From NCBI GenBank assembly GCA_964016885.1, contig OZ024743.1:125922001-125986000 (forward strand): 64,000 nt of DNA. The letters run 5' to 3'. This DNA comes from Eledone cirrhosa. Taxonomy: Eukaryota. Shown here piece after piece: positions 11,219 through 24,674 of this stretch. The position numbers were made by a program, and so were the translations under genes. The stretch's first letter is position 1, and each line of letters starts with the position of its first letter. The notes under the pieces are model-generated. The model was not told the DNA's origin. It searched no databases and saw nothing but the letters and a program-made list of their open reading frames with translations.

Positions 11219-14218
11219 ATTAACAATCCCATGTGTGTACAAAGCTTATTGGTTCCTCCTGACTAATGTTTATGATTTTCTTTTTTTCCTTTTTTTTTTT
11301 GCCTGTAATTATAGATGAAAAGTGTCAATATCTTTTTAAAATATGGATTTGTTTCCCTGCTGAGAAACTAAATACATTGTATATTTCCCTAAATTCATTG
11401 CATTTGTGCTATAAAGTTATTCAACTGGATCAATGACTTAAATGTGCATATGCTTTAGTCTAAAATAATTATCCATTGTGTGGCACCTAAAGCAGTTATA
11501 GATCTATTTTGCTTTATGAATAGAAATTAAAAATAAAATTGGGTCCTGGAGTTTATGTGAAAAGGATGAAAAGGAGAGGAAAGAGAAGCCTAGATTTATT
11601 TGTAGGTGAAAAGGGTGTTTTTTTTATTGAGTTGAATAGGTTCAAACACTACAATATGTACTGGTTGATCTAGCTAATCATCATCATCATCGGTTTAATG
11701 TTTATTTTTCCATACTGACATGGATTGCTACTTGACCTTTTTGTACTGGTTCTTCTTTTCTTTGATATTTGATGTTTGTGTGGCTAATTTTCCAATACCT
11801 AACTTTAAAACCCTCTTAACTCTTTGGGATCATATTTTTAATCAAATAAACCATATGCATGTTTCAATTTATTTTCAAAATAATAAAAAAAATTATTTTA
11901 ATAAAATAACATTTGGAACCTAAGTGAACTTAAAAGATTCTTATATCATTAAATCAAGGTCCATCAAAGCAGTTGATTCTGTAGTTATAATGATACTGGT
12001 TATTTTTATGTTGGGGTTTAAGAGCTTTTTTCCTATTGTAACAAATCATGTTAATGTCAGTGTGGTAGAATAGAAATAATCTACCATGTGTTTGTGTCAT
12101 TGATTTTGTTTTAATTTCTGATGAAGCTATTTCCTTCTTTTAATCATTAATATATAACGTTGTTATAAGATCAAACTTTATTACTGTGTAATCATTGTGT
12201 TGTATTCATGAGTAATTGCTTAAGTTTTCCTGTTTGACAGTGACGTTTGACGCTTATAATGTAATTAAATGATTAGTTGTAGGAAGATCATCTAGTTGTA
12301 AAATCAATTGATCAAATAATATAAAGTGATCCAAATTTGGGTTTCTACTCTGATAATTTAAAAATCCAAAAGAGAATAAACAGAAAAGAGAAGAAAAAAA
12401 AGGCAAATTCCACACTTTTTGTTGAAGAGCATATCTCAGCTGTGCCTCGCAAAAAAAAAGCATTGCTATGAAAAACAGCCAGTGATATTTGTTGCATCAG
12501 CCATTCCATTTCATGGTGCCTTTTCTTCATGTGCGATTCCCTCATTCTGATTTGGCAGAAGAAAATGGCAGTTCAGAGCTTGAGGACACATGAAATTTCA
12601 ATGTTTACCAGAAAAAATTTAATTACTTTTGAAAAATACTATTCATCTTTTTATAATACAAACTTCAAAGCATTTATGACTCATTATTTGCTGCTTTACA
12701 TCTTTGGATTAAAATATCTCTATTGCATTTCCTTCCCTCCAGTATTCAATAAAATAATACCAATACAATAGTTGTTTGCGTCAGTTGAACTAATTTAGAA
12801 AAAACGGCCTTACATCTGAAAAACATTCTAATTTCTATAGATTTTTTGAAAATTATCTTTAATGAAATTTGAGGAATCTATTTCCTATTTATGCTTTGTA
12901 GATTGTAAATACTTATATATAAGTTGAAGCAGCAGTTAAGTTACCCCATTGATGTTTAAAATATTTTGGCTTCAGCTTTTTACCTGTATATCAGTTGCAT
13001 GTTTCTTTATGTCAATACTGTTTGTTACTTTGCTTTTGATTGTGTTTAAATAAAAACGAAACATTTACCTAAAATAATCACAATTATTACCAGTACAGTC
13101 TAGGAAAGATACAAACAGATTAATCAGTGATTTAAAATAATCATTCTATGTTGACTGACAATATGTAGCATCTAATTGGCATTAAAATTACAGTAGGCCA
13201 ATAGAAAACTATGCATATATGTTTTGCACACATGGAAATCATTTTTGTTTTGCACATAATGTCATCACCATATATTTGTCTACAAGACCGATGTTCATAA
13301 AGTGTAAATATAAACATAACCATCCTACCCTACATATTTCAAGCTCAATTGGTAGAAAAGTTGTACATGGTTTTTTACTTAGTGCAACTTATCTATGAAT
13401 AATATGATATGTTATTGTACTACACTTCTCGTGAGGGGTCTATCTCAGATTAAATAATCTAAATTTTACTTTCTGAAAATAAACTTGTGTTGAATATCTA
13501 AATTGATCTCTGAGGTAGAGTTGTTTACTGTCTGATTGCAGTGTTAAAAACACTTTTAGTCATCAATATGTAAATATAGACAGACTTTATATCCTAGAAT
13601 GAGATGAATCAACTTGACTTATTTAGCTATTAAGATAACAAAATGTAACTTTTTTTGTTTTCCTTACTGTCAGTGTAAAAAAAAAAAAAAAAAATAGTAA
13701 GAGACACCTGTTTGTTTCAACTGTTGTTCTGTTATAAGACAAATACTCCCACTCACATAGTACTATTTTATCTGAATGTGCCTCTGAGGTCAGAATGAAC
13801 ATGAAATGCTTCTTTCTTATTTGGCAATATGATAAACCAGTCATAATTTGACAGTCTATAGTTACTAAACTATGGAGTCTACTAGTATGCATGCAGGTAA
13901 TTTTCTTAATTATATATACTCACTGTACTTTATTGTTTAAATTAGCTCCTATTAATGTATTTGTTATTTTGAAAATAATGAAGAATTTGGAAAGATTTAG
14001 TAAAATAATTCAATATTAATTTGGTGTTTGGAATTTAAAATTATGATGAAAAGTTTTTAGATGAATATAAATGCTTTAAAACAGTTTTGTATCATAGATT
14101 TAGATATTATTATCATCATCATTTAATGTCTATTTTCCACATTTGCATGGATTAGACAGGAAAAACCAATGGAAACACAGTATTCTATTCTTATTCTGAT
14201 CTAACAATTGGCTCTTTT

Positions 14219-14418
14219 NNNNNNNNNNNNNNNNNNNNNNNNNNNNNNNNNNNNNNNNNNNNNNNNNNNNNNNNNNNNNNNNNNNNNNNNNNNNNNNNNN
14301 NNNNNNNNNNNNNNNNNNNNNNNNNNNNNNNNNNNNNNNNNNNNNNNNNNNNNNNNNNNNNNNNNNNNNNNNNNNNNNNNNNNNNNNNNNNNNNNNNNNN
14401 NNNNNNNNNNNNNNNNNN
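14219..14418. other. Assembly gap (200 N)
   Basis: Run of n characters. Confidence 1.
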
Positions 14419-14914
14419 TAAAAAAAGATGTGAACAACAATTGTGCCATTGGTTGTAGGTTTCTAATAAGGCAATAATTGGGTCTGATACTTGTATAAGA
14501 CATCTATTTTCATATTGCTTCATTGGAAATAGAGAATAGTGTGAAACATATTTGTTACTTTCATTGTACCAAAATAGAATTTATTGTAAGATTCTTTGTG
14601 TTTCTTTATTATGATGCATTCTAGAAGCAGAATGGTAGTTAGGAGTGTTAGATTCATAAACTACAGCAGTGGTTCTCAATCTGTTACAAATTTCAAATAC
14701 TTTGTTGAAAACCATAATCTCTAATTATAAACATTTCTTTTTCAATTGTTATTCTCATTGTATAATAATTTATGAGGTGAGTAATTGAAGTGAAAAAAAC
14801 ATTACATTTGATTTTCAAATATTTCGAGAAGTTAGACAGAGTTAGTAATTTAATTAACTTTCTTCTTATTTATTTGCTGTTTGGAGAATAACAATTTTAT
14901 CCTTAAAATTATCC

Positions 14915-15030
14915 AGTAAGGATGAAAGGCAAAGCTAACCTTGGAAGGATTTGAAATCAGAACACAGAGGGCCGTAACTCTATGCTGCGAAGCATGGTGG
15001 CTGACACTACCAATACTGCCAATCCACCAA
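14915..15030 (-). mobile_element. SINE family A, 5' part
   Basis: gtaaggatgaaaggcaaagctaacc...ggatttgaa...atactgccaatccacc matches the other copies. Confidence 0.7.
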
Positions 15031-15519
15031 GAGTAAAATGTTAATAAAAAATTGTTCATGAGATTTTCTTAGCAAGATAATGACTGAGTGACTGAAAATA
15101 TTGTTACTGTGTGTCTGGAAACTTAATTAGAATTCTAAATATGATAGATTATGCAATGTTGTTGTTTCTGAGATAGAATTTCAAAAACATCAAAGTTACT
15201 TTGAATTTATTTCTGGGGTCTCATTTATGTGTTTGTTATTTTTTCCCCCTGTTTTTTGCTGCCCCAAAAGAATCTTTTCCTGTTTTTAGTTGCCCCAAAA
15301 GAATGCCACTAATTTCCATTTGCCATAAAAATGTTGCTGTGCAAGTTTTTTTTGCCTTTTCATTTTGATTTTGTCTATCTTGAGCATCTAACATATATCA
15401 AAATATAATGGAGAGATTTCAGTTGTTCAGTTACTTGCAAAATATTTCAGGATTCTTCAATTTTCTACCTCTCCTAGTATTAATGTGTAATAAAGACACA
15501 GGCATAGTTGTAAGAGTAG

Positions 15520-15962
15520 GCATGGCTGTGTGATTTTGGGTTCAATGCCATTGTGTAACACCTTGGGCAAGGGTGTTCTAGTAAAGCTTTGAGCAGCTGA
15601 CCAATGCCTTGAATTTCTTTTGAGGAGAAGGGTATAGTTGATTTGCTTCTCACTGGCAGGTATGGCTGTTTGGCTAAGAAGTTTGCTTTGCAACCACATG
15701 GTTTAGGGGTTCCTCCCACTATGCAGTGCTTTGGCTGACTAACATTTTGTGTTGTGCATGCATTGTGTATGTTAGCTTACTACAATGTTTAATATGTCCC
15801 ACAGCATAGTAAGTAACTCAACAAAGATGAGTAGTATTTAACATTCATATAGAATAAAGTATGGAGTGGCGTCGGGAAGAGCATCTGGCCATAGGAAAAT
15901 TGTCTCAAAACTCTATTCTAATCCATGTTAGCATATAAATGCAACTGTAAAAACAATGATGA
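15520..15962 (+). mobile_element. Old CORE-like SINE copies (tandem or nested)
   Basis: gggttcaatgcc...ccttgggcaagggt, a second tRNA-like head at about 15655, and the tail gcgtcgggaagagcatctggcc...atgatgac. Confidence 0.5.
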
Positions 15963-16519
15963 CAATAGTTTTATTTGAATGTAAAGCGTAAGGTATTGAA
16001 ACTAGCTTCTTGTCTAATTTTCTGCTTCTGAATCAACTTGTTAGCCCTAGATGGATACAAAATATATAGAAAGGATCCAATCATCATATCAGACCAAGGA
16101 AACAATATCTGCCAATCACAACTCTTGGCAGAAGTCTTTTGATCAAGAACACAATGTGCTGTCTGGTCCAGGAACTGAACCCACAACCTCATGATCATGA
16201 GTCCCACATGCCACATACCTAGATAAAATAACAATTATATGTAACGAATCTCAACATTTTTGCATTTTGTCATAAAGTTGGCAATATGTAAAAGCAATTC
16301 CAAAGTAACTGTGTTAAATGAGAAAAACCTATAGTTAAATATTGAATTGCTTTTGTTACTCTCTAATTGAAAGTGACCTTTTACCTAAGGTTAACCATCA
16401 TTAAATGGGAATAATTTAAGTGAAAACGTTTCTTATAAAAAATTAACAGAAAAAGAAAATAGCTAATAAAGCAAGTTAATAATGTTCAAATACAGTCTAT
16501 TAAGAGTTGCATGCTGGTC

Positions 16520-16860
16520 TGTTGCCAATTACCCATATATCAGTTTTGGTCACTCATTCTTCAACCCAACTAATTTTGTTGGCAGCACCCTGACTACAAA
16601 ACTCAACACATTTGTTTCTTATTTTGTCTCCAACTGTATTTTTTATACACATAATGAATCTAATGTTTGCTGTGGCTTATGCCTATAGTTGCCAAATATA
16701 ATCTCTCAATGCAAAAGTGACTGGTCATCATTCAACTTAACTTGTTCTGTTGGTAGTACCCTAATTACAAAAATCAACACATTTACTTCTTACTTTGACT
16801 TTTATCCTTCATACACATTACAAATTGGCTCTAATGTTTACTTTTGCTTATCTCTATTAA
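16520..16860. repeat. Diverged tandem duplication, period about 170 bp
   Basis: tgttggcagcaccctgactacaaaactcaacacattt (~16578) versus tgttggtagtaccctaattacaaaaatcaacacattt (~16748), with similar downstream tctaatgttt. Confidence 0.6.
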
Positions 16861-16899
16861 TTCCTACAGTTGTCAAAAGTAATAAATTCTCCTACCTTA

Positions 16900-17165
16900 A
16901 GCCCAGAGGCTCATCAGGCCGAGCTTATCCTGGTTTCATTGGCATTAAGTAACTGAGAGTGCAAGATCCCACCTTGGATAAGATGCTTTTCCATCACAAA
17001 GTTTGTATCCAGCTATTGTAGGTACTAATTTTTTCCAGCTGAGTGGACAGCAGCAATCTGAAATGAAGTGTTTTGCTCAAGGATACAACATGCTATTAGT
17101 CCAGGTATGAAACCCATGACCTTATGAATGTGAGGCCTAACCACTAGGCCACATGCCTTCACCCT
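16900..17165 (-). mobile_element. CORE-like SINE (family B variant)
   Basis: Minus strand: tggcctagtgg A box, ccttgagcaaaacacttcatttca, tail gaaaccaggataagctc; homologous to 62220-62700. Confidence 0.7.
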
Positions 17166-18399
17166 ACCTTTCAGTGCAAAGTCTCTGGGCATCATTGCTT
17201 TCCAGCCATTATCTTCAAAGCCTATGTAGTATCAAATTACATCCTTCACAAACACAAACACATAAAGGTTTTGCTTTTTTCTTTAATAGTATTTACAGTG
17301 GAATATTGAAGCATGCACCTGTGTGACACACTTCAGTCAGGATGTTACATGCTGGTTCTGGCCTAGCAAACAATACATGTTTATATATTTTTAATGATAT
17401 ATTTGAAAGAGAATCAAAATTGAGAAGCCAAGATGATTGTGGGTGGAGTGTTACTTAAATGACTTACCTTCATTGACAATGAAAAGAGATATGTCAATAT
17501 GCAGGAATGAGGAAAATAGGATATACTTAATGGAATTAACAAAGGCTCCAATAGTAAAAATCAATGTGGAAATGGTGAATAAAATTAAGAGCTTGGCCAA
17601 TGAAACATCTAGAGTGTTATCCATCATATGACAGATAAATTTGGAAGCTTATGTTTACAATTGTGGGTAACGGTAGGTAAATAAATAAAAATACATAAAT
17701 GAATGTATTGATAAAATAAATAAATGTATCCCCTATGCCAATAAAATTACAAATATATGATAAATACGTATCTGTACATGTACCATACAGGTTTATCTGA
17801 TACCGCGTGAATGAATATGTATACACATTGACTATATAAATATGTAAGCATCTCAGATTTATGTATTTCTTCCTATGTTGAAAAAATAATGAATTTAATA
17901 TATACTACAAATATAGTATTAAAATAAAGCAGCAATTTCAGAAGTAAAATAAATAAATTGAGAACTAGAATATAATTCACGTATGTTTATTCCATTCATT
18001 AAAAAAGATAAAGAGAGAGTGAAAACAACTTCATACAAATACTATAAACAGATATTTACTTTTGTGTGTGTCTCTGTGTATGTGTGTGCTCTCCAGTGTT
18101 TGTTCTTTTAACTCTCTCTTTCACTTTTTGCCTTCTACTTTGGTTAGTACGTATACTCCTCCTTCACCCCTTATGTTAACTCTTCCTCCCTCCCTCCCTC
18201 TCTCTTTCTGATGTAAAGCGTGACATCTGAATTTGAACCAACCAACACATCAAATATTATAGAAATATTTATGTATTAGTGGCCATTTTTTTTAATGAAA
18301 ATACTATGTAAAAACCAGCATGCAGCTTATGTAATGAACCTAGAAAAGATCAATTCAAATCAAGTACTGAACCAAGAATGTTGTTTGTAAAATGGCGTA

Positions 18400-18632
18400 G
18401 GAGGTCATACTGGTGCATGATAAAAAAAGCACCCAGCCCACCCTGTAAAATGGTATTGGTGGTGCAATGAGAAAAGCTTTCAGTATATGCTGTAATGTGG
18501 ATGGCATTAGGAAGGGCATCCAGCTGTAGAATGCCAAGTAAAAAACAGATCTATATGAGCTAGCTTCATAACATGATAACCCATTTATTCCTTGTAAGCA
18601 TGAAAAATCAACATTAAATGGTGAGGAAGACA
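18400..18632 (+). mobile_element. SINE/RTE-type 3' tail
   Basis: aaaaagcacccagc...ggcattaggaagggcatccagctgtagaa...gcatgaaaaatcaacattaaatg module shared with the RTE 3' UTRs in this window. Confidence 0.6.
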
Positions 18633-19104
18633 ATAATATAGTAGTTGTTGAAATGTATATATTCAGTTAAATAAATAGGAGCAACCACAGATTCATTAAT
18701 CCATGTATTTGCTTATAATAGTTTTTAATTAAAAAAAGTTATTGGCTTGTTCTGGAAGAAGACCATCCAACATGAGTGAGATTGGTGCGGTACATTTACT
18801 GATATAGCCACCACTTTTATTTATTTATTTATTTTTCACCTCTTTTGTTTCCATCACCATACTGTATACACAACAGAACATATCTCTACCAGCAAACTAT
18901 TTCAGCACTTGATAGCATTTGGTATAAAATTGTTTATATCACTAGCTACATCTGGAGCTAACATTATAATTTCATAATTTCTATGATCTTCATTACTCTG
19001 CAATGGTTACAGTTTTATCTTTCTAATGCATCTCATTTACCTTTGTAGCAGTTGCTGCAAAAGTTAGCTTTGATCAAATAAATTTATAACATGCTGGAAT
19101 GGAC

Positions 19105-19420
19105 TTATGTCAGTTTCAAAGATGAATGTTCCAGTTGTTCAATCAACAGAACAGCCTGTTCATGAAATTTATGAGCATTCCACAGACACAAGTGCCCTTA
19201 ACATATTTCTCAAGGAGATTCAGCATGTCACCCTGACAATGATGGCCTTTTCAATTACAGGTACAGCCCATCCAACCAGCTACCACATAGTTTCCATCTA
19301 TCCAATTTCACTCACAAGGCATGGGTTAACCTGAGGCTATGGTAAATGACACTTGCCCAAGTGCCCCACAGTGAGATCAAATCCTGGAAGAAGCAAGCCT
19401 ACCAGTCAGCCATGTTACAT
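19105..19420 (-). mobile_element. Old CORE-like SINE
   Basis: gttccagttgttcaatcaacagaacagcc...ggagattcagc...gacacttgcccaagtgcc; homologous to 10005-10318, 53240-53480 and 56380-56690. Confidence 0.55.
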
Positions 19421-19679
19421 CCATGTGACATGTTGGGAGTTAGCCAAACTAAGTTTGATCCACAGATCCATCACTCTGGATATGTCACACACCTCTGTTT
19501 AATTGAGGACATATTGCACCCTCTGATAGTTAACTGTATGTGGTGTAATGTAGTCTGGGCATTATGTACTCTATCCTCTGCCCAGTCTGATTCTGTATGT
19601 CTATAGGTTGTAGTATTTACCCCAACAGAGGTGGGCAAAGTGAACTCAGTTCTGACATGACATCTGCTGCACCCATAGT

Positions 19680-19810
19680 GAAGGCATGTGGTCTTGAGGT
19701 TAGTGTGTTGGACTCATGAGTTTCCTGAACTAGGCAGTGTGTTATGTTCTTGAGCAAGGCACTTCATTTGGCATTGTTCTAGTCCACTCAGTTGAAAAAA
19801 TAAGTACCAC
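19680..19810 (+). mobile_element. CORE-like SINE 5' part
   Basis: gttcttgagcaaggcacttcattt...tccactcagttgaaaaataagtacc. Confidence 0.55.
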
Positions 19811-19874
19811 CAGCAGCAGCAGCAATGTGTTATGTGGCAATAAATCATAAATTGTCATTGGAATGTATCAGTAT

Positions 19875-20260
19875 TTAACCCTTACATGACTGTATTTCTA
19901 ATGAAATACATTCTATTTTAATTAATTAATTGTTTCTACTTTAGGCACAAGGCCAGCAATTACCAGTGCATTACTGGTACTTTATTTTATCGACCCCGTA
20001 AGGATGAAAGGCAAAGTCAACCTCGGCGGGATTTGAACTCTGATCGTAAAGGGACGTAACTATGCTGGAAAGCATGGCGTCCGACTCTCTACCGATACTG
20101 CCAAATGAAGAATTTTAAGGCATTTACTAAAATTATTAATTATTTCATTACTAAGTAACTTAACGTAAGATTTTAATTCCAATTGGAAACTTTTAAAATG
20201 GGTGGCTTTATTTAATTGAACCAGAGCCGGTTTTGGCTGGGTTGCTAACTAAAGGGCTAA
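19875..20260 (+). mobile_element. piggyBac-like MITE M1 containing a full SINE-A insertion (19928-20106, minus strand)
   Basis: TTAAccctt start, aaagggctaa end; nested SINE has intact A and B boxes. Confidence 0.7.
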
Positions 20261-20284
20261 ACCTTTCATTATCATATTTCTCAT

Positions 20285-20434
20285 GGTCATGCTTTCCAGC
20301 ATAGTTACGTCCCTTTACGATCTGAGTTCAAATCCTGCCAAGGTTAACTTTGCCTTTCATCCTTACGGGGTCGATAAAATAAAGTACCAGTAATGTACAG
20401 GGTAATTGCTGGCCATGTGCCTAAAATAGAAACA
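20285..20434 (+). mobile_element. 5'-truncated SINE-A with a 17-bp target-site duplication, inserted in another M1 MITE
   Basis: TSD attatcatatttctcat at 20268-20284 and 20435-20451; B box GAGTTCAAATCC. Confidence 0.88.
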
Positions 20435-21418
20435 ATTATCATATTTCTCATAAAAGACACTGCCTATTTTGAAAGTAATCTAGAATTTGGAATTAATAAT
20501 AAAACTTTTAGTAATCTGTTGTTTGGTGCATAGCTTTACCCTTTCATGACCTAATAAAATACACTCTATTTCAATTAATTAATGACAAATTTGTAGGGAT
20601 TTACTAAAATGATCAATTGTTTCATTACTAAGATAACTTAACCTATTGTTCTTATATAAAATTATGTTGGAAAATTTAAATGAGTGGTTTTAAATGCATG
20701 GTTCAGTGTTGTCACTTAATTTTCTTTCTGACTTGTGTTATTTTGTATGATTTACCGGTAAGTACTATTGTTATACATTGTTACCTTAGAAAAGAGTTGC
20801 CATTGTTGGTGTAGAAGTGATCACCATCTTGTTTACATTTGTGGAGAAGTTAGTTTAAGGGTCACTGCAGCACCAGAATTCCATTAGCCAGTAACCCAAA
20901 CTGACTCCTTATAAGACACAGGGTGATTTTCTGTGAAATTTTTGGAAAAAAATATGCATCTTATAAGCTGTCAAATACAGTATATTGAGTGAAAGTGTCA
21001 TGAGTTGGTGTTAGAAATTACCTGTATGAAAGTTAGACTATAGGAGGCTAGGAAAAAGTCCATGGTGCTCTTAACTCCTAATGGAGTTGTAACAGTGCCA
21101 TCATGGGAATTTTACACATGATGGAGTCCATCAAAAGGATAATAAGCATTCTATCCAATGTCAAAATTTTGTTAATTTGCTACTTTTTGGGAAGAGTAGG
21201 CATTGAGTTTCATGGCAGATGTGACATACATTGAAGAGGTATGGATTACAGATCCATTCAAAATATGCCAGCATAGAAAAATAGACTGAAATATAAAAGA
21301 ATGATGATAATTATTTTGTTTGATTATCTCAATTTTCCAGACCTGTTGGCACAAATTAACACGTTCTCCATATTTCTAAGAAATTAAATTGTAATCACAG
21401 AGAGATAAAAACAATAAT

Positions 21419-21487
21419 TGTTTCTACTTTTGGCACAAGGCCAGCAATTATCCAGTGCATTACTGGTACTTTATTTTATCGACCCCG
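21419..21487 (-). mobile_element. Heavily 5'-truncated SINE-A with a 13-bp TSD
   Basis: TSD taaaaacaataat at 21406-21418 and 21488-21500. Confidence 0.8.
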
Positions 21488-22861
21488 TAAAAACAATAAT
21501 GACTTAAAGATAATTTTTCCTATTATTTCCTACATACAAACAAAAAATAGACTTCTTCCAATCTTGTTGGTTGAATAATGCAATAATAATTACACAGCAC
21601 ATAGTTTGTGAATACAGGGTTAAAATAGGATAGAATTTCAATAAGAATGTAACAAATCTTATTTTACAACACCAATCAAAGATTTTATATAAAAAAAAGT
21701 TTTGTGAGACTGTATATTCATAAGTTAAGATGATTTTTATTGTAAAAAAATGTTATGGAAAATGAACTTGTGTGTTTTAATGTTTTACAAAGTTAGTTTG
21801 GATATGGAAATGTTCAGACATAGTTTCTTGTTTGTAAAGTCAAAATATTTATGAGAAGAAAGCTGCCTGCAGTAAAGATATCAGTAGATTAGGAGATAAC
21901 ATAGATACATAGATAATATAGATAATGTATGTTTTTTTAAACTGGTAGTCATTCTGTATAGGTCAAGTCAAAGGTGAAGTTAACTGCTAGTGAGGGTTAA
22001 GTGTGGTGAGTATAGTAAAACAAGACAGTTTACCCAGGCTATCAATGACAACACAAAGAAAGTGAGAAATGATCTTCTCTTTATATAGCAGAAAAAAAAA
22101 GGCTCATAGGCAACTAGTCTCTAATTGGCTAAAATAATGCACATGACAGCAGTGAAACTTACTAAGTATGTGTTTTGTTTAACTTGCCAAAAAATGTTTC
22201 ATAGACTATGAGTTTCTGATTCCCTAAAATAATACACATGACAATAGTGAAATACAAAATGTCATGTCATCTGCATATGGTCACTACACATTCTTTTTAA
22301 CTTTAGCAATTAAAAAAGATGTAATTTATAAGATAGAACTGAGCTAATGGATTGTAGTTATAACTATTATAAATATGATATTTTGACTTCAGTTCACATG
22401 ACTTTGCTATTTCCTTTTTGAATAGATGTTTCTGCTGATTAGGGTTTTGTTTTTCATTTGGTGTCATTTCATTGGAAGACATAGTGTCTCCTTTTCACTT
22501 GACTTCATGTTTCCTGCTTTCAAATGTGCCCATGAATGATGTGTTTTTGTAATTAAGGAACAACACAATATATACAACTTGGCCAAAGGCAAAAACCCTT
22601 ACACAGAAAATAACATTGATACAAAGTTAATTCCTCTCTCTCAGTCTGAAAAAAAAAGTTCTAGATTAGGGCCTATCAAAGGTATATTGCTACTGGGCCT
22701 AGAGAGCCAAGGGAAACCTGTGAATATTTGACAGCCCCTCATCAATAAAAACAAATAAAAAAATTCTGTCTCCTTAAATTTTTAGAGGAGCATCTTCCCC
22801 CAGCCCTGGCCCTGAATCAGTCTTGTTCCACCTTAGAAAATTTCTCTTGGAGGCCCATCTT

Positions 22862-23155
22862 CATTATTTTACGTCTGTTTTCCATGATGACATGGCTTGA
22901 ACGAGTTGCCACAGTCTGAGACTAGATAGGTTGGGGAACTACATGTTGCTTACATGAACCATATTTTGACATGGTTTCTATGGCTAAATGCTATAAATAA
23001 TGCCAACCACTTTAGAGTGTATCAGGTGTTTTTATCATGGCACCAACACAACCACTTTACAGAAGGTGTTGGGTGCATTTGTTCATGGCACCAGCATTAC
23101 CACTTTACTGAGTGTACAGGGTGTGTTTTATCATGGCTCCAGCACTAGAGAAGTT
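22862..23155 (-). mobile_element. SINE/RTE 3' tail with three tandem ~45-bp modules
   Basis: Three units of accacttta..agtgt...ggtg.....tcatggcaccagca; similar array at about 28820-29105. Confidence 0.6.
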
Positions 23156-24674
23156 ATATTTCTAGCCAAACTGAAGAGCCCTGGTTATCCAATATTGTTT
23201 CTGTTTTATCAGCAACCACTTTCCAGTGTTATCACCACAAGAAAGGTTCTCAGGTACTCAATATTGTCCTGTTTTCTTTCAAATGAACAAACTAAAAGAA
23301 AAACAATTTTAGAATCATCTTGTTTAGTCCTCAAATATATGATTGGTTAAAATGTCATTTAAAAATGTTATTCATAAATCTTTGTAATAAAGGTTATTCA
23401 AATCTAGGAAAGGTTAATATGTAGAAAATAGGTTTTTCTTTTACATGTTTATTAATAGAAAGGTTAATTTATAGAAATAGAACATTTCCTGTTTATTAAA
23501 TAAATACAAAGGAAATCATTTGTAACAAATCTTCCTTCTGTTGTTTATCAACTTGACTAATGTTTCATACACATACACTTGCATAAAAAAAAATATTGTC
23601 AGAGAAATACAAAAAAATTTACTGCCAACCAAATTTTCATTCCGACTGCTAAGTGCAAGACACTAACACCAACAACAACATCAAACCATCACTGATTCAA
23701 AATGCCCTCGCCTCCAAATAGCTAATGATTATAGCAGCATTTATATTTATGATGCTGAACAGTGCCCCAGTCCTTAGACCAACACCCTGACTTCTCGTCT
23801 ATGCTCCTTCACATGTATGCGTACGCACATATATATATGCATGCCCACAAACACGTGTACACTTTCACACACATTCTCTGTCTAACTACATGCCTGTCAC
23901 TTTGTGCAAAAAGTGCTTTATACCCACATGTAGTTGAAATGTATGTAGAGTCTATATGGGTATAATAACTAAAAATACAAACAAAGTTCTCTTTCTGAAA
24001 TGTTTGAAGTGACGCACAGACACTTAGACACATTACAACACCCTTCACATAAGAAACTATCTATCTAACACTTTTGATACCAATCCACTTGAAACTGCCT
24101 CTGGTTTTGTAATAAAACACTCCATTTTAAAGTGTTCTAATCTAAATTAAAATCTTTTATTATAATTTTATTTAAGAAATTTTTGGTTATGTTCTAAACA
24201 CCAACTTAATGAAAAAGGTTACAAAAGCTCTCTCAATTCTTTGTTTATTTTCAAAATTATATAAAACACATTCAATGTATTGCTTGAGAAATAAGGCTCA
24301 AACATTACCTCATCACCCACCCTACATTTTCTTTCTGCTCCTATTTTGATCATGACTATCACTTAATGTCTATTTTTCTCAGCTAGGAAGGGTTGGACTG
24401 GTCATCACATACCAAGTCAGAACTTAATCAGAGCCACTGATTTCTCAGATGGGCCAGGGTCACATTTCGCTTACATATGTTCCGTACCCCACAGAGTGCG
24501 CCGTGCATTTTATAGTGGCACCAGCATAAGCGAGGTCGTCATGTCTTGAACACAATTGAAGAGTCCTTTTTATCCATTGTTTGGCAAGTTTTAAATAGTC
24601 AGATTGGTTTCCTATAATTACAGAGTTTACTTGGTGCATTTTCATGGCACCAGCGCTCTCTCTCCCTCTCTCTC

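Noticed and set aside
12230-12600. Possible conserved regulatory element in unique sequence
   Set aside because: Cannot be supported without cross-species alignment
14191-14523. ORFs spanning X residues
   Set aside because: Artefacts of the N gap
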